DNA from: a virus
Strand: one strand, 5' to 3'
Length of the DNA: 64,000 bases
Virus record (IMG/VR): IMGVR_UViG_3300020190_000007
Coordinates: 32,001 to 96,000 of that record
The notes below the pieces were generated by a model. That model did not search any database. It saw only the letters and a program-made list of their open reading frames with translations, and had not been told where the DNA came from. Shown here in pieces: positions 23,179 to 32,788 of this stretch. Numbering within the stretch: the stretch's first letter is position 1; the number at the start of each line of letters is the position of its first letter. A program made the translations under genes and the position numbers.

Positions 23179-25611
23179 TTACGAGCCACAACCTTCACAT
23201 TCAAAAGGAGAGTCTGTTGGTCTTGATGATATGGACACCTCCACGACTTCTTCTTCTTTTTGATTATTTTGGTTATATGAAGTATTTTGTACTTCTTTAG
23301 CTTCAACTGTGGGTTTTGATGTTGAGGTGTCAATTCCTAAACCCTTTAATGGGTCAACAGCGGCTCTGGTTCGTAAATAATACATACCCGTTTTTAAACC
23401 AAGTTTCCATCCATAAATATGTGCGGCTAAAACTTTGGCTTTGTTTGCGTTGTCAATAAATAAATTTAAAGACTGTGATTGGTCGATATAAATTGACCTG
23501 TTAGATGCCATGGTTAAGATTCTTTTTTGAGACATTTCCCAAACTGTTTTGTAAACTTCTTTTATATCGACAGGTATTTCGGGAATATTTTGAACAGAAC
23601 CATTCTCTATGATTAATTTTTTCTTTAATTCATCTGACCATAATCCTCTTTCTAATAATTCATTTACAAGGTGTTTGTTTATTACTATAAACTCACCACC
23701 TAATGTTCTTCTTGAATATAAATTAGAGGTAAATGGTTCAAACGCTTCGTTGTTACCAAGAATTTGAGCTGTGGACGCTGTCGGCATGGGTGCAACTAAC
23801 AAAGAGTTTCTTACACCGTGTTTAACAACATCTTTTCTTAATGATTTCCAATTCCATCTTCCACTTGTGTCCTTGTCTGTTTTACCCCATAATTCGTATT
23901 GAAATTTACCCTCAGATAAGGGGGAACCCTCGAATGAAGAATATGCACCATTTTTAATCGCTAAATCTTTAGATGATGTAATCGCCGCGAAATAAATTGT
24001 TTCAAATATTTCCACTTGTAATTTATCCGCCTCCTCACTTTCAAAAGGTAATTTTAACATACAAAACACATCTGCCAATCCTTGTACCCCTAAACCAACT
24101 GGTCTATGTTTCATGTTTGAAAGTTTTGTTTCCTCGGTGGGATAAAAATTTAAATCAATAACGTTGTTTAGGTTTTTTACAACTTGATACACATTATCAT
24201 AAAGTAATTCATGATTAAATTCTTTATCAATAATGTATTTTGGTAATGCAATTGATGCTAAATTACAAACCGCTTGTTCTGTTGGACTTGAGTATTCAAT
24301 AATCTCAGTACACAAATTAGATGATTTAATCGTGCCTAAGTTCTTTTGATTTGACTTGTAATTAGCGGCGTCCTTATACAACATATATGGGGTTCCGGTC
24401 TCAATTTGTGCCGTTAAAATTGCGTCCATTAATTTTCTCGCTTTAACAACTTTTCTCGCTCGACCTTCTTTCTCATATCTTTCGTACAATTGAGTGAATT
24501 CTTGAGTAAAAGAAAATGGGTCATCATAAGCGTCTGACAAACCAGGAGCTTCGTCAGGTGAAAATAGTGACCAATCTCCGTCTTCCTCAACTCTTTTCAT
24601 AAAAAGATTGGGTGTCCACATTGCTAAGAATAAATCACGAGCCCTTAATTCTTCTTTACCGTGATTTTTTCTCAAATCAATAAATTCAAAAACGTCTGCG
24701 TGCCATGGCTCGAGATAAATCGCGAAAGAGCCTTTTCTTTTACCGCCCTGATTAATCCAACGAGCAACTTCATTGTATGTTTTCATCATTGGGAGTAGAC
24801 CGTCTGATTCACCACCTGTTCCTTTAATATATGAACCCTTAGCTCTAACATCATGAACATGTAGTCCAATACCACCAGCCCATTTTGAAATTTTAGCAAC
24901 ATCTTTAATTGTGTCAAATAAACCATCAATGTCATCACCTTTATTACCAATTAAGAAACAAGAAGACATTTGTGGTCTACGAGTACCAGCATTAAAGAGT
25001 GTTGGGGTTGCGTGAGTGTAGAAATGTTGTGATAAATCATTATAAATTCTCAAAGCCATTTCTAAGTCACCATTACAAATACCAACAGCAACTCTCATGT
25101 ACATATATTGAGGTCTTTCAACAATTCTTCTACCGATTTTCAAAAAGTAAGAACGTTCAAGGGTTTTAAATCCAAAATAATCAAAATCAAAATCTCTTTC
25201 TTGGATTATCGCCCCATCTAAAGATTCTTTGTTCTGAATTACAAATTGATAAACCTCATCTGAAATTAAAGATGATTCTTTTCCTGTTCTTGGTTCAATA
25301 AAACAATAAAGTTCTTTAATACATTGAGAAAACTTTTTAGGTGTTGTTTTATGTAAGTTTGACACCGCTAATCTTCCGGCTAATTTAGCGTAATCTGAGT
25401 GTGTTGTTACCATAGACGCCGCTGTCTCAGCGGCTAATGTGTCTAGCTCGATTGTAGAGATACCATCGTAAATGCCCTGAGTAACTTTAAGAGTTACTAA
25501 TGTTGGGTCAATGTATTCTAAATTTAAATCACCACAGAAATATTGTATTCTTCTGGTGATTTTGTCATATCTCATTTCTTCTAATGAGCCATCTCTCTTT
25601 TTTACTTTCAT
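23179..25611 (-). CDS. nrdA: Ribonucleoside-diphosphate reductase alpha subunit, class Ia, with ATP cone
   Basis: N-terminal VKKRDG ATP cone, TPTLFNAG, SSCF, SNLCTEI, APMPTASTA, GMYY and C-terminal CEGCGS. Confidence 0.97.
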   Translation of the reverse strand: MKVKKRDGSLEEMRYDKITRRIQYFCGDLNLEYIDPTLVTLKVTQGIYDGISTIELDTLAAETAASMVTTHSDYAKLAGRLAVSNLHKTTPKKFSQCIKELYCFIEPRTGKESSLISDEVYQFVIQNKESLDGAIIQERDFDFDYFGFKTLERSYFLKIGRRIVERPQYMYMRVAVGICNGDLEMALRIYNDLSQHFYTHATPTLFNAGTRRPQMSSCFLIGNKGDDIDGLFDTIKDVAKISKWAGGIGLHVHDVRAKGSYIKGTGGESDGLLPMMKTYNEVARWINQGGKRKGSFAIYLEPWHADVFEFIDLRKNHGKEELRARDLFLAMWTPNLFMKRVEEDGDWSLFSPDEAPGLSDAYDDPFSFTQEFTQLYERYEKEGRARKVVKARKLMDAILTAQIETGTPYMLYKDAANYKSNQKNLGTIKSSNLCTEIIEYSSPTEQAVCNLASIALPKYIIDKEFNHELLYDNVYQVVKNLNNVIDLNFYPTEETKLSNMKHRPVGLGVQGLADVFCMLKLPFESEEADKLQVEIFETIYFAAITSSKDLAIKNGAYSSFEGSPLSEGKFQYELWGKTDKDTSGRWNWKSLRKDVVKHGVRNSLLVAPMPTASTAQILGNNEAFEPFTSNLYSRRTLGGEFIVINKHLVNELLERGLWSDELKKKLIIENGSVQNIPEIPVDIKEVYKTVWEMSQKRILTMASNRSIYIDQSQSLNLFIDNANKAKVLAAHIYGWKLGLKTGMYYLRTRAAVDPLKGLGIDTSTSKPTVEAKEVQNTSYNQNNQKEEEVVEVSISSRPTDSPFECEGCGS

Positions 25612-25618
25612 ACTCTAA

Positions 25619-26596
25619 TTAAAAATCTATATCTTCAAACGCTGTGTGCATATCTTCAATTGACACGTTACTATTTACACCGGCTTTTTGATATTCAGCA
25701 ACTCTTTTTTCAAAAAAATTAGTTTTACCTTGAAGAGCAATATTTTGCATGAAATCAAATGGGTTTTCAACATTATAAACCTTTGAACAATTTAATGACA
25801 TTAATAATCTATCGGTTACAAATTCCAAATATTGGCTCATCAAATCTGAATTCATACCAATTAATTTTACGGGTAACGCCTCTAAAATAAATTCTTTTTC
25901 AATCTTCAACGCGCCACATATAATATCTTTAATTCTCTTCTCGCTTAATTTATTTTCAACGTGGTGATTAAACAAATGACAAGCAAAGTCACAGTGCATT
26001 CCTTCATCTCTAGAAATAAGTTCATTTGAAAAGGTTAAACCCGGCATTAATCCACGTTTTTTGAGCCAAAAAATAGAACAGAATGAGCCAGAAAAGAAAA
26101 TACCCTCGACAGCGGCGAAAGCGATAAGTCTTTCAACAAAAGTACCCTTTTCAATGTACTTTAACGCCCATTCAGCCTTTTTCTTAACAGCGGGAATTGT
26201 GTCAATTGCATTAAATAATCTACTTTGTTCTTGTTTGTCCTTAATGTATGTATCAATCAATAAAGAATAAGTTTCACTGTGAATATTTTCCATCATTATT
26301 TGAAATCCGTAAAACATTTTAGCTTCTGTATATTGCACCACGTTGACAAAATTCATCGCGATGTTTTCATTAACAATACCATCCGAGGCGGCGAAAAACG
26401 CTAATACATTTTTAACAAAATGTTGTTCGTCTTCGTTTAGTTTGTTTTCCCAATCATAAATGTCTTGGGCTAAATCAATCTCTTCGGCGGTCCAAAAACA
26501 AGATTCTTGTTGTTTGTAAAGTTTCCAAATATCGTGATGTTCGATAGGAAAAAGGACAAAACGTCCCGGATTTTGTTTCAAAATCTTCTCTGTCAT
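25619..26596 (-). CDS. nrdB: Ribonucleoside-diphosphate reductase beta subunit
   Basis: [33 protein letters not shown] and RDEGMH di-iron motifs. Confidence 0.97.
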   Translation of the reverse strand: MTEKILKQNPGRFVLFPIEHHDIWKLYKQQESCFWTAEEIDLAQDIYDWENKLNEDEQHFVKNVLAFFAASDGIVNENIAMNFVNVVQYTEAKMFYGFQIMMENIHSETYSLLIDTYIKDKQEQSRLFNAIDTIPAVKKKAEWALKYIEKGTFVERLIAFAAVEGIFFSGSFCSIFWLKKRGLMPGLTFSNELISRDEGMHCDFACHLFNHHVENKLSEKRIKDIICGALKIEKEFILEALPVKLIGMNSDLMSQYLEFVTDRLLMSLNCSKVYNVENPFDFMQNIALQGKTNFFEKRVAEYQKAGVNSNVSIEDMHTAFEDIDF

Positions 26597-26610
26597 AGTA
26601 ATAATAATTA

Positions 26611-27987
26611 TTAATTTCTGTTTAAGGTTTCCTGTCTTTGCATAAAGGCCTCTTTCATTCTTTCGGAAACATTTTTTTGTTTGTCTTCCTTGTGTCCAAG
26701 GAGTGTTGTTTGAGACTCGGTATTAATAACTAACAGTCTATTGTCAAACTTACAATTCTGCCATATAATTCCGTCACGACCAATTCTTGACTTCAGTAAA
26801 GTCATAGTTGCTAAGTTGTGTTCTTTTTGTTCTATAGTTTTACCTATTGATAAAATTACGTGAGCAATTTGCGCTTTTTTAATTGAACCACCCATTTGGT
26901 CACTATTTACAACTTCAGATGAAATAGATTCCCTGTTACCCTGAGTCGCGGTCCAAATAACGATTCCAAATTCACTTGTCATAGCTTCCAAACTTCTCAT
27001 TACGGAGCCCTCACCTTTCCACTCTTCTCCGAAATTTAATTTTTCAGGACTGATACAATCTACGTAATCAATAACTAAAAGGTCAATTTTTTTACCTTCT
27101 GAAATTCTTTTTCTCAATCGAGATTTAATTTCGGATATTGAAACCGAATCACTTGGTAATTTTAAAATATCCAATGTCCCTTTACTTTGAGTTTGAACTA
27201 CGTTTATCTTTTCTTTAACAAAATCTTTATTTTCAGATTGTTCGTCAGGTGCGATTCCTGACCAAATTGTATAATGTTTCTTTTTGATATTATCGGGATT
27301 GTCTTCAAAAAATATTTGAAGGACATTGTACCCATATAGGTATGCAGTATTTGCGAATAGTGATAATATAGTCGTTTTACCCGTACCGGTTGGAGCTAAT
27401 ACAACACCAAGCTCCCCAATACCCAATCCACCCTTTAAAGCGGTATCAAGACCCTCTATACCTGTTGGTATTGCTTGTCTATTATCTTTTTCTAAAGCGG
27501 CATCGATATTGTGAAAAACATCCATACATTCTTCAGGTGGTAATCCTACTTGTAGTGCCTTTTGAATAATACCTTCAATCTTATGGTATTCTTGAAATTT
27601 ACCATTCTCAATAATAGTGGTTACCATTTTAAGTTCCTTCTTTAAATTTTGTTGTTTACAAAAATTAAGAGCTTCTTCTCTCACCATCGGGTCATCTACT
27701 GTATTTTCTTTAATATCGTGAATTGTATCTAAATGTATTCTCGCATTTTCTTGTGAACCTATTTCAAGAATTATAGTTTGACACAAGCTCTGATAATCGG
27801 GAATTTTCCCATATTTATGATAGTATTCTTTGATATGCGAGGTGATAAATCTAAAAGAACTATTATCAAAATATTTGCTCTCAATTACATCAATAATCTG
27901 TTCACCATACTTTTTATCCTCTACGATAGATTTAATCAACGTTTGTTGAAATGACGCTCCGAGAAAACCAAAATTTTTTTCTGACAT
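26611..27987 (-). CDS. dnaB: Replicative DNA helicase (DnaB / T4 gp41-like)
   Basis: [20 protein letters not shown] Walker A, LLVIDYVD Walker B, TATQGNR, KSRIG. Confidence 0.9.
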   Translation of the reverse strand: MSEKNFGFLGASFQQTLIKSIVEDKKYGEQIIDVIESKYFDNSSFRFITSHIKEYYHKYGKIPDYQSLCQTIILEIGSQENARIHLDTIHDIKENTVDDPMVREEALNFCKQQNLKKELKMVTTIIENGKFQEYHKIEGIIQKALQVGLPPEECMDVFHNIDAALEKDNRQAIPTGIEGLDTALKGGLGIGELGVVLAPTGTGKTTILSLFANTAYLYGYNVLQIFFEDNPDNIKKKHYTIWSGIAPDEQSENKDFVKEKINVVQTQSKGTLDILKLPSDSVSISEIKSRLRKRISEGKKIDLLVIDYVDCISPEKLNFGEEWKGEGSVMRSLEAMTSEFGIVIWTATQGNRESISSEVVNSDQMGGSIKKAQIAHVILSIGKTIEQKEHNLATMTLLKSRIGRDGIIWQNCKFDNRLLVINTESQTTLLGHKEDKQKNVSERMKEAFMQRQETLNRN

Positions 27988-28001
27988 AGTTTTTTATTTT
28001 T

Positions 28002-28445
28002 TTATAATTTATAGTTTAAATAAGTTGTTTCCAAATTTTTAGATGATAAAATGTTGGTTAAATCTGACAAATATCTTTTTAAATATGGACGAATGTCTAC
28101 CGTATATCTAACCTTTGGATGATATAATTTAGCGGAAAACATTCTTTGAATAAATACATCGTCACCCATCTTAATCTCGAGCAAAAAATACTCTTTTTCA
28201 TTTTGTTCATCGGTTTCTACATTGTCCAAACCACAAAAATAATCACGATTTTCATGTAAATAATCCAATGTTTTTGTTTTCAAATCTACACCAATATTGT
28301 CACAAATATTTTTAACATAATAGTGTAAATCCATGGAACGTCTAGACTTTGGGTTATGTTCTCTTACATTGAAAAATCTCTGACAGATAATGTTTCCTTC
28401 TAATGTTAAAAGAAACTCAAACTTTGTTACTTCTTGATTACTCAT
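28002..28445 (-). CDS. Hypothetical protein in replication operon
   Basis: 147-aa ORF overlapping the exonuclease stop, upstream of the helicase. Confidence 0.75.
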   Translation of the reverse strand: MSNQEVTKFEFLLTLEGNIICQRFFNVREHNPKSRRSMDLHYYVKNICDNIGVDLKTKTLDYLHENRDYFCGLDNVETDEQNEKEYFLLEIKMGDDVFIQRMFSAKLYHPKVRYTVDIRPYLKRYLSDLTNILSSKNLETTYLNYKL

Positions 28446-29460
28446 TGTTTTTAATTTTAATTAATTTTTTATTCTTTTCTTTTCTTGTTAATCTTAAAAA
28501 TGGATTTAGAAAATTTATCCATGCGTCATCCGATTTTGGAAGTAATAAAAATATACCATCTTCCATCATCATCTTCATGGTGTTTTTATATGACCGACCT
28601 TCTGGGTCAATCAAATCGTTTATTAATGAAGTTATAGATTCCTTTGCTTCATCGGTTAAAAAAGGATTATCAAGACTTACAATACGACTATTTACATCAA
28701 AAAATTCTTCACCCAATATCCCATATTTGGTAACGCCTGTCAAAAAATTCTTTACAATATGATTATCATTGTCTTCCTCAAATAAATTATTAAATCTTTC
28801 AAGAATAAATTCAACGGTAATTTCTTCAGTTTTAATCTCGGGAACTAATGATATTAATCTCCTGACACCTAAATTTTTAATACCCGCAATGTTATCCGAT
28901 GGGTCTCCACAAATTATTTTAACCAATTTTATATTCTGTATAAGAATTTGTTCATGGTCATAAACGAACATATCATTAGGTTGATATATTTTACTGTGTG
29001 ATGGATTAAAAAGTTTGGTGTTTTCGGAAACTAATTGGGTCAAATCACCGTCTGAAGAAAAAATTATTTTATTTTCTTTTGGTGAGTTATGAACATAATA
29101 AGCGATTGAATCATCTGACTCACAGAATTCATATTCACCTTGCCTAACAAAAAGTTCTTCAAGGTATTGTTTTATCCTGTTTCTTTGTTTTCCATAAGAA
29201 TGTAATTCTTCCTCGGACCTTATTCGGGATTTTCTATTCTCTTTGTATTGATGATAGAATCTTTTTCTCGTTATAGAACCATCTTGCCCATCCCAAAAAA
29301 TAACAATCTTATCTAAGTGGTGGATTTCAATTGCTCGTCTTAAAGTGTTTATAAAATGATATATCCCACCAATATGCTCCCCCTTATAAAAGTGATTTTT
29401 TAATCCAAAAAAACCAATAGTAAGTAAATTGTCACCATCTACTAATAATACATTAGACAT
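28438..29460 (-). CDS. 5'-3' exonuclease / RNase H (PolI N-terminal, T4 Rnh-like flap nuclease)
   Basis: LLVDGDNL, FWDG, YKENR, ESDDSI, SSDGDLTQL and GDPSDNIAGIKNLG (H3TH) motifs. Confidence 0.92.
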   Translation of the reverse strand: MSNVLLVDGDNLLTIGFFGLKNHFYKGEHIGGIYHFINTLRRAIEIHHLDKIVIFWDGQDGSITRKRFYHQYKENRKSRIRSEEELHSYGKQRNRIKQYLEELFVRQGEYEFCESDDSIAYYVHNSPKENKIIFSSDGDLTQLVSENTKLFNPSHSKIYQPNDMFVYDHEQILIQNIKLVKIICGDPSDNIAGIKNLGVRRLISLVPEIKTEEITVEFILERFNNLFEEDNDNHIVKNFLTGVTKYGILGEEFFDVNSRIVSLDNPFLTDEAKESITSLINDLIDPEGRSYKNTMKMMMEDGIFLLLPKSDDAWINFLNPFLRLTRKEKNKKLIKIKNNE

Positions 29461-29491
29461 TAATTATCACTCTTATGGTATTAAACAAAAA

Positions 29492-30493
29492 TTAATCTTC
29501 CTCTTCTTCGTAATCGTAAGTTATTGATTCCTCTAAATTAAAGTCAATAGACCCTAATTTTTCTCTCCAAAAACTCGAATATTCTTTTTTATACAATTCT
29601 AACGCTTCTTTAGTATCAGCAATATATCCGTTATGAACAACGATAACTTTACCATCTTTGTATCCTAATCCGTTAACGTGGTTTTTAAGGATTGAAATTT
29701 TGGTTCTAACAGCATAAACAATTTTTCTACCATCTTTAGTTGCGTCGATTTGATTAATACCTGATTTTTTCTGATTACCAAATAAAAAAATAAGTGTAGA
29801 AGCTAATTTTATGGCTTCACCACCTTTTGGTTTGATTTCAGGTTGACCCATCGGACTGTCGGGTAATTCTACCCACGGCTGATTTACTATAACCATTGTT
29901 AGATAATATGACGAGTCTTTTGATGGATAATCTTCTTTTTTTGATTTGGTAATTCTTGAATGAATACCCATACCAATTTTATCAGATAATGCACTTGCGT
30001 TGTGTTGTTTACCACCTTTACCATCAAAGGTCATCTTACATGGTATTGAACCAATTGAATCCCAGCAAAATAAAACGTGTCTTGGAATTTCACCCTTTTC
30101 GTGAGCATCAATGATATCGTTTATAAAATCGGTTGCTTGTTCAATGTAGTCAAATGAATCATTGAAGATAAAGTCACCCGTCCATTCACCATTCGCGTCT
30201 TTTTCAGCTTGAAAACCCAACTCAATAGCGTGTTCCCATTTCCATTTTCTTTCGGTGATAATAAGAACGGGTAAATGACCTTTCTTTTGTGCGTCAACCG
30301 CAGCTAAAATCATAGCGGTTGTTTTTGATGAGTTTGTATGTCCTAAGAACATATTAATACCTCCCATCACGGGTCCAGGTAAACCACAAGCACTATTAAA
30401 AGCTTCACCACAATAATAAAAATTTTCATCCTTATATTTTGTTTTCGATGAGAATTTGGATATATAATCGAATTCTTTTTTCTTAATTGCCAT
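29492..30493 (-). CDS. uvsX: RecA/UvsX-like recombinase
   Basis: GHTNSSKT Walker A variant, FCWDSIGS Walker B, IVNQ, PKGGEA and KNHV RecA-family motifs. Confidence 0.85.
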   Translation of the reverse strand: MAIKKKEFDYISKFSSKTKYKDENFYYCGEAFNSACGLPGPVMGGINMFLGHTNSSKTTAMILAAVDAQKKGHLPVLIITERKWKWEHAIELGFQAEKDANGEWTGDFIFNDSFDYIEQATDFINDIIDAHEKGEIPRHVLFCWDSIGSIPCKMTFDGKGGKQHNASALSDKIGMGIHSRITKSKKEDYPSKDSSYYLTMVIVNQPWVELPDSPMGQPEIKPKGGEAIKLASTLIFLFGNQKKSGINQIDATKDGRKIVYAVRTKISILKNHVNGLGYKDGKVIVVHNGYIADTKEALELYKKEYSSFWREKLGSIDFNLEESITYDYEEEED

Positions 30494-30528
30494 TGTATGT
30501 TTTGTATTATTTTTAATTAAAAAAAGAA

Positions 30529-30565
30529 GAACTTGGACACGTGATTACAACTAGTGTCCAAGTTC
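30529..30565 (-). terminator. Intrinsic terminator after SSB gene
   Basis: 12-bp stem GAACTTGGACAC/GTGTCCAAGTTC, followed by TTCTTTTTTT on the minus strand. Confidence 0.8.
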
Positions 30566-30572
30566 GTTTTAA

Positions 30573-31430
30573 TTAGAATGGTAAATCGTCATCCCCATCC
30601 ATGTCTTCTTGTGGGTCAATTTGAGGAATTGATGTATTTGTTGGTGAAGATGGTTTAGACATTTCAATTTCTTGAGTAGAATTTGAAACGTATTTACCTG
30701 TAGTGGTGTCCCATCTTGGCACTTCACCTTTAGCAATCATTTCTAAATATTCTTCAGGTTTTTTAGAATACACATCAGACCAAATCAATTCATCATTAAT
30801 CCAAGAGTCCGCAATAACTGAATCACTATGTAGTGGAGATTGGTCCTCAGGGATGATAGATGTTATGGTGGTATATTCTCTACCGTTACCCGCCTTAGTT
30901 AGGTTTAGATTAATAATTAAATCCCTTCCCGTCTGTGAGTCAGTAATGTCGCCTTTATTTCTAAAAAGTGGTGCAATTTTATCTAAAACGCCTTCACTTT
31001 TAGTGTTTCTTTTGAATCTCCAAAATTTAACACCATCTTGTTCTCTATCTCTATCAATAACTTTTACAATATAGAACATTTTAGACCTGTATTGACGAGC
31101 TAAAATTGCGTCTTGTTCGTCACCTGTCATTTTTAATCCTTCGTGTACTTCGTTCAGTGGTGAGCGTTTACCCTCTTGGTTTGGGTCATAAAGTTTAACC
31201 CAATTACCATCAACCTGTACCTCATGGAAATACACGGGAACAAATGGACTACTACCGTCTTTGATAGGTAGGATTCTAATTCTTCTTTCACCGCTTCTTT
31301 CACCTTTTGGGAGGAGGGTGGTAAAATACTTTTTCATTCTATCCTCTTGGGATACCTTGTTTGCGTTGCCGCTTGCGACTTGTTTGTCTTTTTCGTACTG
31401 CGCCAGTACTGATTCTGTTGTTGACATCAT
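30573..31430 (-). CDS. ssb: Single-stranded DNA-binding protein (T4 gp32-like)
   Basis: RIRILP...FHEV, VIDRDREQDGVKFWRF, DITDSQTGRDL motifs and acidic tail DDDLPF; upstream of the recombinase. Confidence 0.82.
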   Translation of the reverse strand: MMSTTESVLAQYEKDKQVASGNANKVSQEDRMKKYFTTLLPKGERSGERRIRILPIKDGSSPFVPVYFHEVQVDGNWVKLYDPNQEGKRSPLNEVHEGLKMTGDEQDAILARQYRSKMFYIVKVIDRDREQDGVKFWRFKRNTKSEGVLDKIAPLFRNKGDITDSQTGRDLIINLNLTKAGNGREYTTITSIIPEDQSPLHSDSVIADSWINDELIWSDVYSKKPEEYLEMIAKGEVPRWDTTTGKYVSNSTQEIEMSKPSSPTNTSIPQIDPQEDMDGDDDLPF

Positions 31431-31484
31431 ATTTTTGTTTTTTAAAAGTTAGAAAATATTTCTATGTAAAGTATAAACAAAAAA

Positions 31485-31506
31485 AGTCAGATTACAAAAT
31501 CTGACT
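31485..31506 (-). terminator. Intrinsic terminator
   Basis: AGTCAGATT-4nt-AATCTGACT hairpin followed by a T run on the minus strand. Confidence 0.8.
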
Positions 31507-31538
31507 CTCTTTTTTTAAAATTTATTTTTAATGGTTAA

Positions 31539-31913
31539 TTACTCAAGAGTTAAAAGATACAGCAATTTATTCAATAAACCAAGTATCTCATCTCTTAAAT
31601 TTAACAAATCTGTGTCTAACCTATCATCTAAGTCATATGAAAACTCAATAAGGGCTTCAATACAAACTTTGACCATATCAACGGGATTAATCTCTGAAAT
31701 ATTTACTAAATTAATAGTTTTAGTATCCTCGTCAAGTGTAAACCTACCATATTTACCCATAGCAATCTCAACAAATTCGTCAATAGGCTCTGTTAAAGCA
31801 TCATAAGTTTTACCAAAAGCTTCGTGTCTAGCAATACCTTTTGTTTGAAAATGGTTTATTTTCATCTGTAATTGTAAACCTAACAATAAGTTTACTTTAG
31901 AACTCAAATTCAT
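31539..31913 (-). CDS. Ferritin/Dps-like four-helix protein (DUF5856-like)
   Basis: KINHFQTKGIARHEAFGKTYDALTEPIDEFVEIAMGKYGR and C-terminal DLLNLRDEI...KLLYLL. Confidence 0.7.
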   Translation of the reverse strand: MNLSSKVNLLLGLQLQMKINHFQTKGIARHEAFGKTYDALTEPIDEFVEIAMGKYGRFTLDEDTKTINLVNISEINPVDMVKVCIEALIEFSYDLDDRLDTDLLNLRDEILGLLNKLLYLLTLE

Positions 31914-32535
31914 CTTCCTCTGTTTCTGGATTAAAACTATCTCTTATTGTATCGTTTGAATAATCCTCAATATCTTGTTTTGTAAGTATGTATTCATTTT
32001 TACCTGTTTGTCGCATCTCGCCTTGTTTTTGTGCAAAAAACTCCTGAGGATTTAAATTAAAGGGGTATGAATCCAAAGAACGTAACTCCAATTTTTCTTG
32101 GGGTGTTCTTTCTTTCATCGTTTCAACTTTACTTCCTAATTCATCAATTTTGTTTATTACGGCATCCATCTGAGATAGTTTTTGTTCTAAATCTGTTAGT
32201 TTGGTAAATACCGTTTCCATTTTATCAACAACATTTGTGTTATTAGACTTACTGTCATCCAAATCCTTTTTAATTGATTTAGTCATGTTAACTAAATCCG
32301 TAATATCTATTTCTTCAGTATCATCAGCGGGTGCTGTAGGTGCTGTAGGTGCTGTAGGTGCTGTTGGAGCTCCGGCCGGCATAGGTGCCTCTGGTGGGAC
32401 ATCACCAGGTGGTGGAATTGGTGAGTCCGTGGCGGGAGGTGGTACTTCACCCTGTTCCATTAAGTTTTTTGTATATTTATTAATCGCGTTATATCTCGCG
32501 AGTTCTTCCATAAGTGATTTTTCTAATCTTTTCAT
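31897..32535 (-). CDS. Hypothetical Pro/Ala-rich coiled-coil protein
   Basis: 212-aa ORF with PPP/APT-rich linker and heptad region. Confidence 0.7.
   Translation of the reverse strand: MKRLEKSLMEELARYNAINKYTKNLMEQGEVPPPATDSPIPPPGDVPPEAPMPAGAPTAPTAPTAPTAPADDTEEIDITDLVNMTKSIKKDLDDSKSNNTNVVDKMETVFTKLTDLEQKLSQMDAVINKIDELGSKVETMKERTPQEKLELRSLDSYPFNLNPQEFFAQKQGEMRQTGKNEYILTKQDIEDYSNDTIRDSFNPETEEDEFEF
32330..32365 (-). repeat. 9-bp tandem repeat encoding (APT)n
   Basis: ggtgctgta x3 plus ggtgctgtt. Confidence 0.85.
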
Positions 32536-32537
32536 AG

Positions 32538-32744
32538 TTAGTCTTGTAAAAGTTGTCTACCGTCTTCGGTTATAAATTTTTTATTTATCCTTTCTACTAT
32601 ACCATCTTTAGACCTGATTACATAACATTCACCGGTGTTAAGGTCACATTCTTCTTTTTCCATTCCATCGTTTGAAATGTACTTAATTTGTTTTGGATTA
32701 TCTATAAAGTTGTCCAATGTTTTATTTAATTTTTCGTTATTCAT
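32538..32744 (-). CDS. Small hypothetical protein
   Basis: 68-aa ORF with CDLNTGEC; TATTTAT motif upstream. Confidence 0.7.
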   Translation of the reverse strand: MNNEKLNKTLDNFIDNPKQIKYISNDGMEKEECDLNTGECYVIRSKDGIVERINKKFITEDGRQLLQD

Positions 32745-32757
32745 GGTATTTTATTTA

Positions 32758-32764
32758 ATAAATA
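32758..32764 (-). promoter_or_regulatory. Putative late promoter motif TATTTAT
   Basis: 13 nt before ATG at 32744. Confidence 0.5.
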
Positions 32765-32788
32765 TCTAAAAAAATTAAAAACTTTAAA

